Shown here one piece after another: positions 12,901 to 24,130 of a DNA stretch of 64,000 nucleotides (within the stretch, counting starts at the first letter, position 1; each line of letters begins with the position of its first letter). Under the pieces are notes generated by a model that saw only the letters and a program-made list of their open reading frames with translations, ran no database searches and had not been told where the DNA came from. Origin of the DNA: Iphione sp. A-MEVVRFRX5 (taxonomy: Eukaryota); contig OZ320316.1 of NCBI GenBank assembly GCA_976226885.1, positions 85,994,001-86,058,000 on the forward strand. The letters run 5' to 3'. The position numbers were made by a program, and so were the translations under genes.

Positions 12901-13309
12901 ATTACAGCCCCCTACTTTGTGTTAGTATGTTCAAAAAGCAAAGTTGTCAACACACGAACAGTGTCTTCCAATTATCAAGCATAAGGTATCTGTACCTTTC
13001 CCACCCGCTGTATCATTGTTGCCTATAGGACTAGTCAAGAACAGGATATACATGTATTATTTTGAACTCACCATGCGGTCTCTGTAAATGAAAAACTGAT
13101 GCATGTTCGCTGATTCTAATCATGTTAAAAGGTAAAACTCACCGCATCACTAAGACACTTGCTTCAGTCTCTGTGCTCTCCTCGTCTGGTGAGTTGGGTT
13201 TTTCAGGTGTGTTCTTTATTTCCTCCGTGTCGCCATTCGTATCTCCAGGGTCATTATCTATATCTGCAGACACTCCTTCAGTGCTACCAGAATCCGTCTT
13301 TTCTGACAT
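9901..13309 (-). CDS. OTOP: Otopetrin-family proton channel (paralogue A), 636 aa. Exons 13309-13143, 12814-12691, 12527-12236, 12031-11871, 11264-11081, 10883-9901
   Basis: All introns are GT-AG with consistent phases (2,0,1,0,1); the 1911-nt CDS is open. Otopetrin motifs: LYALLLVALG, NFFLRMGLIAFGLG, FRLVFVMVQT, KFGLLHNVATN, YLFPFIIEYSL, KKPGRSFVTFLLLLNIALW, PLAIYFRFH. The start ATG is inferred, since the frame is also open to the acceptor at 13364. Confidence 0.93.
11596..11772. mobile_element. Tc1/mariner-type MITE in intron 4 of OTOP A
   Basis: TA|CAGTAGAGACTCA ... TGAGTCTCAACTG|TA inverted termini. Confidence 0.75.
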
Positions 13310-13999
13310 CTCTCTGTGTTCCTCTCTTGTCCACTCACACGTCCTATTATGTTCATAGACTTGTCTAAATTGGTAGGATGATGCGATAGCTTTGACCTCC
13401 GTCGTTCAGTGAACAATAATTGCTTCTGCGTTCAGTGATGACTGGTGAAGACAGGTTGCCAGTGAGCATGCATATAATTTCACTGTCCTGTTTAGTATTT
13501 TAACCAATCATAAATTTTAAGCACAGCATTTCTGTTGTTATGGATCTGCCTCAGGCATACCCTACTCTTTATTCACGTGACCTCAATATCAGTGATACGT
13601 CCTCGTGGAAGTCATACAACAAAACTGTTCTGGTAGGCAAGTCGTGTGCCGCCAGTAGCCCATACGTCGTTGAAATTATTTGATGCTGGCGGTGCTGTGT
13701 TGAAAGAATATTTGCAATGTTTGCCTAAAGAAACGGTCTTATGTGAGCAAATAGTGGCAAGCAAAGACTAGAGGAATATCAATGGAACCAAGAGCGACAT
13801 TTTTTACAGGGAACCATCGGCTTCTAAATGATTCTGTCTGGGAATGTATGCTCAATCAATAGAAAATACGTGGAACTATGACACACTAAGCAAACTTGAA
13901 TAAGTGGTTTGGGGAATCTTATCAGGAATTATTCTACGTCTCACCAAACGTCATTCCTATATATGCAGAATTACCGATGTTGCCAGTCTTTGACAAATA

Positions 14000-14700
14000 T
14001 ATTTTCACTTCAAAAGATGTGAATTGGTCATGGCACAAAGTGGTGATGGTGCGAGTTCACCAAGGTGGAAGGTGGTTCTGATGTGAGCTGTGTGGGACCA
14101 TTCCGATTCTACCTCACATCCTTCAGGGCAGTAATTGACCACTACATCACAAAAAGGAAGTTCAAAGTAAAAACTTGTTACTTTCAAGGTATTCATAGTT
14201 CTGTAAGGACAGTGGAGATCTCGAGATTTATGAATAAAGGTGATGCCATTTAGTTGGGAGATCTCCCCTTACCAACTAGTTGTATAACCGGTACCAATGC
14301 AAATTGTAGGACCAGATTAGTGTGCAGATAATTAGCAAGAGTGTTGGATTGTATTCTCTTAGAGGTTAGCATGTTGTTGTCAAATATCTGAAGATAATTC
14401 ATTCTCTAAGCAGATTTTGCCTGGGAAAGGATAGTTTACAAGATAGCCTTGAATTAGAAAAGAGTGTTAGTTTCTTGAAGAGAAAGTTTTGTTGAAGTAG
14501 TAAATCAGGCATGTGACATTTTGTTAGAAAGCTCTTTTCAAGTCCTAATGATGAAATAGTTATATTTGTAGAAGTGATATGGTTCACAGGATACATGAAT
14601 TTGGTAAAGTAGTTCTAGTTCACTGTAATGCTTAAAATATCTCAACAAGCAGCAAACTGGTGAATCTTATCCTCCAAAGTAGAATTGATTGTCAGAATGT
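14000..14700 (-). mobile_element. Possible highly degraded Penelope-like RT fragment
   Basis: The ORF 14005-14196 contains ELPFCDVVV, resembling the LPFLDV motif of PLE RTs. Other motifs are barely recognisable. Confidence 0.3.
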
Positions 14701-15087
14701 TTGCTTCTGAATTGAACCTTCATAGGGTGAAAGCATAAGTAATGGATAAAATGAATAAAGTGTACTTAGATGAGAGTGACCCCAAGGGATTGGGTTGGAA
14801 TGAAAGATGGACACACAATTGTTTATTACAAGCAGGCTTTTGTTGAGCCTGTACACTTTTGTTTGATTTGTTAAGGAAGTTTTTGGTGTGTCAGTGCAGA
14901 GAGTGAGGCAAACATAAGTCAGCTACTCATAGTTGTCAGTAGTATAGTGAGGTACAAGGTCATGAAACATTTTAGTGCAAACCACTTGTCCCACTTAGAT
15001 ATGGTCATGTGATAAGGTCACGTAACTTGGAGGCACAGGCTTTAGTGCAAGCCACCTGACCTAAAAGTCATGTGGTATATTGTGCAA

Positions 15088-18000
15088 TAAGATTCAAGAT
15101 TCAAAGCAGTTTATCATCGCTCAGAGTTGTCCAGATATTATATTGAAATGAAGTAAAGATAGTGAATTGAAAAAATGAGGAATGTGTGCATAGTTGTATA
15201 ACATATATACATGTATAAAGACAGGTTACTGAAGATAAGACAATCAGTCCCTGACATAATTGTCACCTTTGGAGATCACAGTCTAGTTTAACAATCACAC
15301 ATAATGATAGCAATGGCATAAATCTCTGCGTCCCTAGTCGTATAGGTTCAGGAGATTAATTGGCTCATCATTATTTATATTTCCACATAACCATACCTTT
15401 TGCCTAATATCACGGCTGACAGAATAAAGCATACAACGTGATCAATCTCATCAATGGGTAGTACAATAAGGATATCAGTGGAATATAGTGTATGGCACAA
15501 CAGGAGTAAAAAAGGTATTGTCAGAATATTTTACATTGAGGAACCTGCTGGCACACAACAACAGCAGATGGAGCACTGTCTCCGTTAAACACAAGTACAC
15601 ATCAAGTATGTAACCGATAGTGCTTGTCAGCGATGTGTTTTGTATACCAGGATGTGCAGACTGCAGAGACCACAAGTAACAATGAGACCTATCTCATCAG
15701 ATTAATATATCATCGCATGATACAGGAATCTTGGAGATTTCACCATTCAACACATGCATCAAGACTGTCACTTACACTCAGAGTACACCATTGTGGTTAT
15801 GTCTTTCATCATTTCAATCTTTGAGCTTACACACACAATTACCACGATGTGCGCATTTACACTAGCACCAGGTAGTGATTAGCTGTGTGATAAGTAGATT
15901 TGGCTTGGCACTGTCTAGCAGCCATGGTAACCAAATAACCAAACAATCACCTCCTGCCCAAAGACCCCATCGCCTCCCTAACTCCCTATAATGAGTGGTG
16001 CCCCTACCGAACATCTACCCACGAATTCAGTTTGGCACTTGAAGTCTCGGTTTAAGTGCTGCCCACCACACATATTTTGCCCATGGCACTGTCAGTACAT
16101 TTGCAAGTGACCAACGCATATTGTCTCTCCATGTTTATTGAATAGTTTCCTTTGTGTGTCCTAGGCATCATGTAAGTCATCACGTAAGGCAAGACCCAAT
16201 CCAGTATCATTTTACATGCCACTTGCATGCGTAGCCAGGGGCAGGCTATTCCAGAGTTTCGAGCCCCTGTAACGCAACCCTCTTTAGAAAGAGGCACTTT
16301 TTTGGATCGAAATTTGAATCCTGCTGAAGGCTCCTCTCTAAGCCCTAGTTCCTTTTGCTTCTGGCAGAAGACATAGGTGAAACAACCTGTGGACTGCCCA
16401 AACACCAGCCTCCCAGATCAAACAGGATACCCGTGGTATGCCTAACCTCTCCTGAAGCCTCTGTGCCAATATATACTCTGCAGTTTGGATAGTGACAGGG
16501 GCGCACTGGTTCAGGGAAATCTGCAGCCTAACTATGTCGGATGCACAGAGACCAGGTGGGGAAGTACCATAGTCCGAAACAACGTCAGCCGTGAGTCACG
16601 TGGCAGCAGACTCTTCACTATCCCCAGTCACACAGCAGCTGGGCATAGTTTTCTCTGTATTGAGTGCATCCCTCTCCTAAATTTCAACCTGCCATCCAGT
16701 GCGAAGCCCAAGAAGTTACACTCCTTACACATGGCTAAGGGCTCCCCTTGGAGCTTCAAATCAAGTGGGATGCCTGAGGCCTTTCCGGCCTGCATATACG
16801 AACACTTTGTTGTACTCAAAACGAAGCCTTCCTTCTGTGTCTATCTAATTGCCCTCTCAGTCTTCCAACGGAGCCTCAGCAGGTCTTCAGCATGGGTAAT
16901 TATCGTCACATCATCAGCATATAGTACGGGGATGACCGAAGTGGGCAAGTTGTCGACCAGAGTGTTCATCACCAGCGAAAATGCTGTAGGACCAAATGCT
17001 GATCCTTGCAGCGCGCCGTGGATGAGTGACTTGGTCATAGAATCTTCGCCACCACACCTCACGAATTGTTTCTGTCCTGAGAGATAATCCGCCACCATCC
17101 TATGCGGTTTGGGGCCAGCCCCCGCCCTTGCAACCTCCCTAGTGACACTCACAGTTGGCACCAAGTCAAAGGCTTCAGGTCGAACAGGGTAACACAGACA
17201 TATTGGCCACGATTCATTATCTCCTGTATTTCACAGAGTAGCTTGGCACAGCCCTTTCAGTCCCCCTGCCCGACTTGAAACCATGCTGATGGCAGGTGAG
17301 GAAGTTTTTTCTTTCAAGTTCAGTCATCAATTCATGATTGAACCATTTCTCCATTATTTTCCCTGGAAGGGGCATGATTGACACCGGCCAGTAGTTCCCC
17401 TTTTGTAGACCGGTGTCACCCTTGCCACCTTCCAGTGATCTGGATAGACCCCTATGCGGTATGTCTCACTGTACAGCCACGAGAAGTAGTCGGACAGGCC
17501 GATCATAACGGGCTTTAGTATAAATGTTGGAATATCATCTATCCCAGACGACTTGTCACAGCGTATCTTAGAGCACAATTTGGCAGCTTCCAGTGGACAG
17601 GGCATCTTGATTTCAAAGGCATCTTGCGTGTTAGATGGCACACACGTATTTAAGACACACCACATCTCCTTCCCATTGTTGTTTTATTGTCTGATTCTAC
17701 AAGTCCGGAAACCTCTCCTCTTTGCCCTGATCGCTTTGGTAACTTCTTTATTCAAGTACTTGACGATTCATTTATGGTCCTCATTTCCAGTTAGCTTCCA
17801 ACTCTTATAAAAATATTTCCGGTCTTCAGTCAACTCGACAAGTGACTCACTCATACGGTATCCATCCTCAGCAACTCTGACAGTTACTTCCTTAATGGGG
17901 CAGATATCATGAAGTTTGTGGCGTAGTGAATCCTAAAAGCAAATCCAAGAGAGTTCATGATCCAAATCTCTATCTACAGCATGTTCCCGTAATACATCAC

Positions 18001-18300
18001 AGAGTGCAGCTGTATCCACCTTGCCCCAGCTTCTCTTGACCGACGTACAACGCTCGAGTCTCAGTGCACCTTTCTCGAGGACCACCATCTGTGGTATGTG
18101 GTCACTCATGAACCAATCTAGGGGATGTGATTCACATGTTTCCGCCAGATGTGATCAAGGCGGTGTGCCCCATTGACCATGGTGGGTGAGTCCACGACCT
18201 GCGTGAAGCCTTTACTGGAGGGCAGGTCAACTACACTGACAATAACATAATATCATTAAAAAATCCCCCAACATAGCAAATAGCTATGATGAGGTGGAAA
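15088..18300 (-). mobile_element. 5'-truncated degenerate CR1/L2-group LINE (LINE B): endonuclease C-terminus, RT, long 3'UTR and (TTGAATC)n tail
   Basis: GDFN-like (~18260), LDHIW and SDH (~18105-18165), KSSGIDDIP, WKVARVTPVYK, HQHGFK, LQGSAFGP, LYADD (~16910-16925), RGLRYRGSKLWNSLP (~16235-16280). The tail GATAAACTGCT TTGAATC TTGAATC lies at 15088-15115; its link to the ORF across ~1.1 kb is inferred. Confidence 0.85.
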
Positions 18301-18569
18301 ATTTCCTTTATGTAATTCATTTTTTAATTCAATTAAGTTGTAAGTTCAAGTAACCACTGCAAATGACAGTACAAAATTTATTCGACATCCAGTGCCTGAT
18401 GAGACATAGTCAAAACCATGTGATATGTAGTGGTAAACCATAACCCAATGGCCAAAGGAACTAGTGCAGTGACACCTAAGCTCCATAGCAACCATCCCAT
18501 ACATATACCAGGGAAATCTGAATGCTGGCCACTCACTCGGTAGCACTCAAAGAGAGAGGACTGTAGTAA

Positions 18570-19270
18570 TACGTTTTACATATAATGATATCATTATGAG
18601 AGATACAAAGCCTTTGGTGGATTGGACTATTGCATAAGATGTTGCAATAACATGACGTCATTATGAAAACATTTGTGGTATAGCACAAAATGTTGCAATA
18701 ATGGGATGTCATTATGAGTGATACAAAGCATTGGGGGTTTGGGTATTGAATAAGATGTTGCAATAATGTAATGTCATTATGAAGCTTTTCTGATATTGTC
18801 CAAGATGTTGCAATACCATGATGTCATTACAAGAGATACTAAGCCTTCCGGGGGTTGGAGTATTGCATATGATATTGCAACAACGTGATGTCCTGATGAA
18901 AACTTTGGTGGTATTGCACAAAATGTTGTAATAATTAGAGTTTTGAAGCTTTTGGGGGTGAAATATTGCCCAAGATGTTGCAATAATGTGACATCATTAC
19001 TAAGCTTTTGGGGGGTTAGGGTGGGTCAGTTTGCACGTTTCTTCTTGTGATATCATGACGTCATGAAATATGTTAACTTATGTTGCAATATATTAGATGT
19101 GTAATGTCTTACATCCCATTTTTTTTTGGTTGACATCCTATTCATCATGTCGTCATGAGGTATGAAATTATGGCAACCAATGTTGTGATATATTAAACAT
19201 GTAATGTCTTATATCTGAATTTGGTGATAACTAACCCCTTTGCTGGGTTGTAACAACGTGATGTCATGAG
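18570..19270. repeat. Degenerate minisatellite with alternating ~50/~65-bp units
   Basis: The core GATGTTGCAATAAyrTGAyGTCATTATGA recurs at about 18639, 18690, 18754, 18803, 18871, 18922 and 18974. Confidence 0.85.
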
Positions 19271-19272
19271 GT

Positions 19273-21130
19273 TTGATTGAAATTGAAATTGAAATTGTTT
19301 ATTTGCCTTTCTCTGCATACAGAGCTCTCCAGGACAATTAGCAACCTTATCTCTAGGGGAAAATACAGTAGTAGTATAAGATACACCAGGTTATCATTGT
19401 AGCACCTTTACAGTAAACATTCTGATCCTTAGCCTTAATATCGGTATCACAGTTCTTTCAACATGATTACTTAAATTGGTACAACTTCAACAGAAACGTC
19501 CGGCTCTGAATGGCAAAATATATTCGGAACTTTTCTTATTGTAAGTATCACAAGTATCACATTGATGAAGAAAAGACATCAAAGCAATCATAAAAGCGGC
19601 ATCACAGCTGTCACATCATCACAGAGGAAAAGACTGCCTCTCTCAAGGCAGTTGACAACTACGTGATATCTGAGTTACATCAACCTTGCAGTGACATAAT
19701 ATAATAAGAGGCATAAGCCACCCAACTATAATGGCTAGATAGCCATGGGCGTAACTCGTTGTTATCAGTCCACAGTGTCTCAAGGAGACTCAGCGAGGAG
19801 TGTTCCGACTCATGGTACTAGATTTCCACTGCAACAAGTATCCACACCATCTTGATAAGTAAAGCTCCCTTTCAAGTTCGGGTTACAGATCCAGTGACAT
19901 TAAAACTCAGCTACTATATGAATGCACCTGCGATCATGTTCCAATAAGTGCTTACAGGCACTTTCTCACCAGAAGAACGTTCATGATACCAAACACTCCC
20001 AAGTAAATCAACTAGCACACCGCAGGAGTAGTTACAAGCACACACTTGTTATCGAGTATCTTAACTCACCAAAACAGTCAGACTCACTATCGTTTTGCCA
20101 AAACTAATCCAAGTATGCCGAGCCTCATTTGCCACACGGATACAAGTGGAGATAAATTCATTCCATAAATGTAGACAACTTCTCACCTGATCAACATACG
20201 CTCTTAGTTAGAGCCACGCGTACACCACAGGATCACTTACAGGTGCACCAGAGAAAACTGAGATCACTCCTATTCAGTGAGGAGAACACCTTGTTAAAGG
20301 TTCACCCCTTGATTGACGAACTCCTTCCATTATAGCCTTTTGACATAGGTTGCTACTCGGCTACCTGCCTCGACCCCAGAGACTCCTTAATTTAAGCCAA
20401 TGGGCACTACATTGGCAGGAAGTTTCTGGCATTTTTTGACTTCCATTGGCAGTCTGTTCCATTTGCATACTCCTCTGCATGCCAGTGACCTCGCAAAGGT
20501 AGTTGACCTCGGCCTGTCAACTTGCCCTCTGGGCTCCTTTCCCGTTTGGGTAGCTGATTCTCGGTCCAATTGGAGCAGACCCAGTTTGTGAAGCTTGTGG
20601 ATGGCAGTCAACACTTGGTATTCAATCAGGGTCTCAATGCGTTGGATGCCATATTTCCTACTGAGGCTAGATGCAGAGATGAAATTATTCCGCTGCAGCA
20701 CTGCTCTGCAGCAGTGATTCAGATGAATCTGCAGGCACACCTGGTCGGATTTTGAGATTCCGTACCACAGTGCTGCATGGTACCTGAAGTGTGGTAGTAT
20801 TAGTGCCTTTAGGAGCAGCAGGCTGGCATTGAAAGGCAGAATAACCTTCAGCCTAGAAAGTGACTTGGTAATCGACCACATCTTTCTTTGTACTGCCTTG
20901 ATGCTGTCCTTCATCTTCAGTCCACCGTCAATGTGGTACCCCAACAGTTTCATGCATTTTTCCATCCTCAGTGCCTCTGACCCTTAAGTCAGTTCCAGAG
21001 GTATCCCTGCTCTGAGTCGCTTCAAGTCCTCCCCATCGCATCGAACAAATTATTCTCTCTCTGATAGGTATGATGCGATCATTCCTCGTAGCTTTGGTCC
21101 TGCATTCAGTTCCAAGAGCCGACGCAGGAT
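19273..21130 (-). mobile_element. 5'-truncated CR1/L2-group LINE (LINE C): partial RT, C-terminus, ~1.1-kb 3'UTR and (AATTTC)n tail
   Basis: SILRRLLEL..YLSER (21000-21130) and ORF 20387-20965 (KLLGYHIDG, LLLKALILPHFRY, RGVCKWNRLP). The tail is AATAAAC AATTTC x3 at 19275-19303. Confidence 0.88.
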
Positions 21131-21132
21131 GC

Positions 21133-24130
21133 TTTTTTTGAATTTGAATATTCTTTATTCTGAATCATTGGCAGGTTACAAAGTTCTTCGTCCGAACCCG
21201 GACTGTATGGAAAGCACAAGTGACAAGGTGATAAATAAATACAGAAAAATTAGATACCAAGTGTTTGTATAGTCTATTTGCACCTCCATCACATCAAAAG
21301 TATCAACACAGTCTGTAGAGGCACCTATAAACCTACGATCTCTGTTATATCCCTATAACACAGTCTGTAGAGGCTCCTAAAAACCCTACGATCTCTGTTT
21401 TGTCCCCTATAAATCGAAACCCACTACACCTCTAAAAGGAACACCTCCCTATTAACTTCAGTCGACTATCCTAGACCTTAAATTAACTGCCAGCGTTTCA
21501 TGCACAGGGCAAGCAAAACTCACTTGTCTGGTGGCTACCGACCCATTCAGTAATATATCCAATATCACACCCCAGTCAGGCACACATCTAAGAGAAAAAT
21601 CTTATACACCAGGATCAACATCTGTCACACACACTAGCGTTATACACAGTGGTGACAAAACCCTTCATATTACTGACATGACATCAGCATCGTGATAAGC
21701 CATTTCCACCACTTGGAGGTTACACTTGTCACTCACAACATCCTGAGGCTTCACATTCATGCAAACAGGTAAAGCATCCATGGCACCTATTTATTCTTCA
21801 GATGTTCCCACAGCACATTCAAGGGGGGCTTCTTTTGTCCCTTTAGGCCAGGTGGCAATTTACTCCACTGCAGGAGTCCCCTGTAGCGCAGAGACCTAGC
21901 AAACTTTGTTGACCTAGGCCTCGACACCCTTCCTAGTCGCCTACTACCTGCCCTGGAGACCGTGGCTTCTCATTCGGGCAGAAGACCTAGTCACATCAAC
22001 TTATGCATGATACCAACCCCCTTGCACTCAACTAGCTCCTTCACCCTGGGAATCCCTACTCTTGCAAGGAAGCTATTGGGGCTCTGCCTAGGGTTTGACA
22101 TAACAGCCATCCTTGCACATTGGTTGACTGCCAGCTGTAGCCTGACAATATCAGATGCACTCACTCCATAAAGTGCAAATGCTCCATACCATAGGTGAGC
22201 TAGTACTAAGCATTTAAATAACATAACTCTCATGAACAATGGAAGCTTTAGTTTCACTCTGGCCAGTTTGAGGGATGATGCCCACATTTTTGCACATATT
22301 GACCTGATAGCTAATTTAAAATTTAGCTTGGCATCCACTACGAAACCCAGCAGTGTTGTGTTTGTGACCATAACCAGCCTCTCACCACTCACTTGGAGGT
22401 CTAAGTCAAACCCAGTCGACTTTCCCACTGGCATGTAATGGCACTTATTAATGCTGAGCAGTAAGCCTTGCTGATCACACCACTGAGCCACACATTCCAG
22501 AGCTTGGAGGCACCTCCTGCACAACTGAAGCAGATCAGGAGCATTGACTATCAAAGTCATGTCATCGTTGATGTGGCACTATGTCAAATGCCTTGGCGAA
22601 GTCGAAACTCAGGTTGCATGCGTAGGTTCTCGCATTCAGCAGGCATCTCGCTTTATTGACAAGGCTTATTATTGCCGTCTCCGTTCCCCTGCCTGCTCTG
22701 AAACCATGCTGGCAGTTATGCAGATGTCCCAGGCCTTGAAGCTTCTTCATCAAGGCCGGTACGAACCAGCCTTCACAGATCTTCCCTTGCATTGGAAGTA
22801 TTGAGATTGGTCTGTAGTTCGAGAGATCATTGTGGTCACCCTGTTTCAGTAGCGGGGTGACTCGGGCCACTTTCCATGATCTGGGGTAGTTTCCAGTCTG
22901 ATAGATATTGTTGTGACAGGAAGTCTGGAACCAGGCAAAGCAAGGGCTTCAGTACCTTTATAGGTATGCCTTCCAGTCCTGAAGACTTAGCGACCTTTTG
23001 CTTTTGTGTCAAACATAGGATCTCTGTCAGGGTTGGAGGATCCTGCTCAAACCCTTGATCCACCAAGCCGCACCAAACTTCTAGCCTATGGGTGGGGGAA
23101 CACATAGTTCCTTGACACCATTGACAAAGAAGTGGTTCATCGCATCAGGAACTGATGTTCCTAGCCTTTTCCTGACCACGTCTTTCTCAGGCAGCTTGGT
23201 GATCTTCACATCAGTACCCATTGCTTCACGTAGGACAGTCCAGACTTTCCTGGTATCCTTACCCATCGACCTAACCTTGAATTCCCACCATCTTCTGTGG
23301 CATGTCTGCATGGCTAGCTTAGCTCTGGTGTTGAGGAATTGGAAGATTTGTTGACTGTCTTCACATTTCCACTTTCTCCATTTTTTGAGGTAGTATGCTC
23401 TGTTAGAATTGGACCAAGGGACCCGAGAGTTACTTGCGGACAGAGCATACTCTTGGTTCCCTGCCCCTCTCCGAATCTGTGTTGTGCTTTTATCAGATGT
23501 CCACCTTTCTCCAATTTGATGCTGAGCTCCTTAATTGGTGAACCAGGGTTCACACCATTTACCTTGGATAGGTAATATGGACACTGGCCTACCTCCTCAA
23601 CAGAGCCACGCTTGTGTACCGGGGTTATACAGGTGACTTTCCAGCTCACGGGGTAGCGTCCTGTCCTGTATATCTCTCCAAATTGCCATGATATGAAATC
23701 CAGCCACAGCTGAAATCGCGGCTTAATGATTCTAGTTGGCACAGCCATGAGACCGGATGACTTGGAGGTCTTAATCCTTTTCACCAGTACCCTCACCTCC
23801 TCCGGTGTCGGAGGGGTCAATTCAAAGCCCATGACCTGCAGGAGCTCTTTCTTTTTTTCCATATCTCTCGAAAAGTCATCATCGGTGACTCCTGAAATTT
23901 CCTCAACCTCATGAACAAAGAAGCGGTTCAGGGAGGAAGCAAAACAGGTCAGGCAGTTTTTCCATTCTTGATTTTCTATGCAGCGCCTCATTTAGACATG
24001 ACATGCTTGTTTACTGTTGCCTCGTGGAGATGGTGAATGTCCACTTTGACCTTGAGAAAGATAATGAACCATAGTATGGCTTGCTAGGGTCATTGTGATG
24101 GATTATATGGCCATGTAAAGGGAGCCATGG
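21133..24130 (-). mobile_element. 5'-truncated CR1/L2-group LINE (LINE D) with an internal RT deletion
   Basis: ORF fragments 23314-23991, 23081-23311, 22836-23105, 22562-22870 (NYRPISILP, CQHGFRAG, DFAKAFDIVPH) and 21991-22560. The GVPQG/YA block is deleted between PH and DD. The tail is AATAAAGAATATTCAAATTCAAAAAAA at 21133-21159. Confidence 0.9.
21305..21411. repeat. 52-bp tandem duplication inside the LINE D 3'UTR
   Basis: AACACAGTCTGTAGAGGC..CCTACGATCTCTGTT..CCCTATA at 21305 and 21357. Confidence 0.85.

Noticed and set aside
18570-19270. CRISPR-like repeat-spacer array
   Set aside because: The spacers are themselves related to one another, the repeats are degenerate, the context is eukaryotic and there are no cas genes. 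It is a minisatellite.
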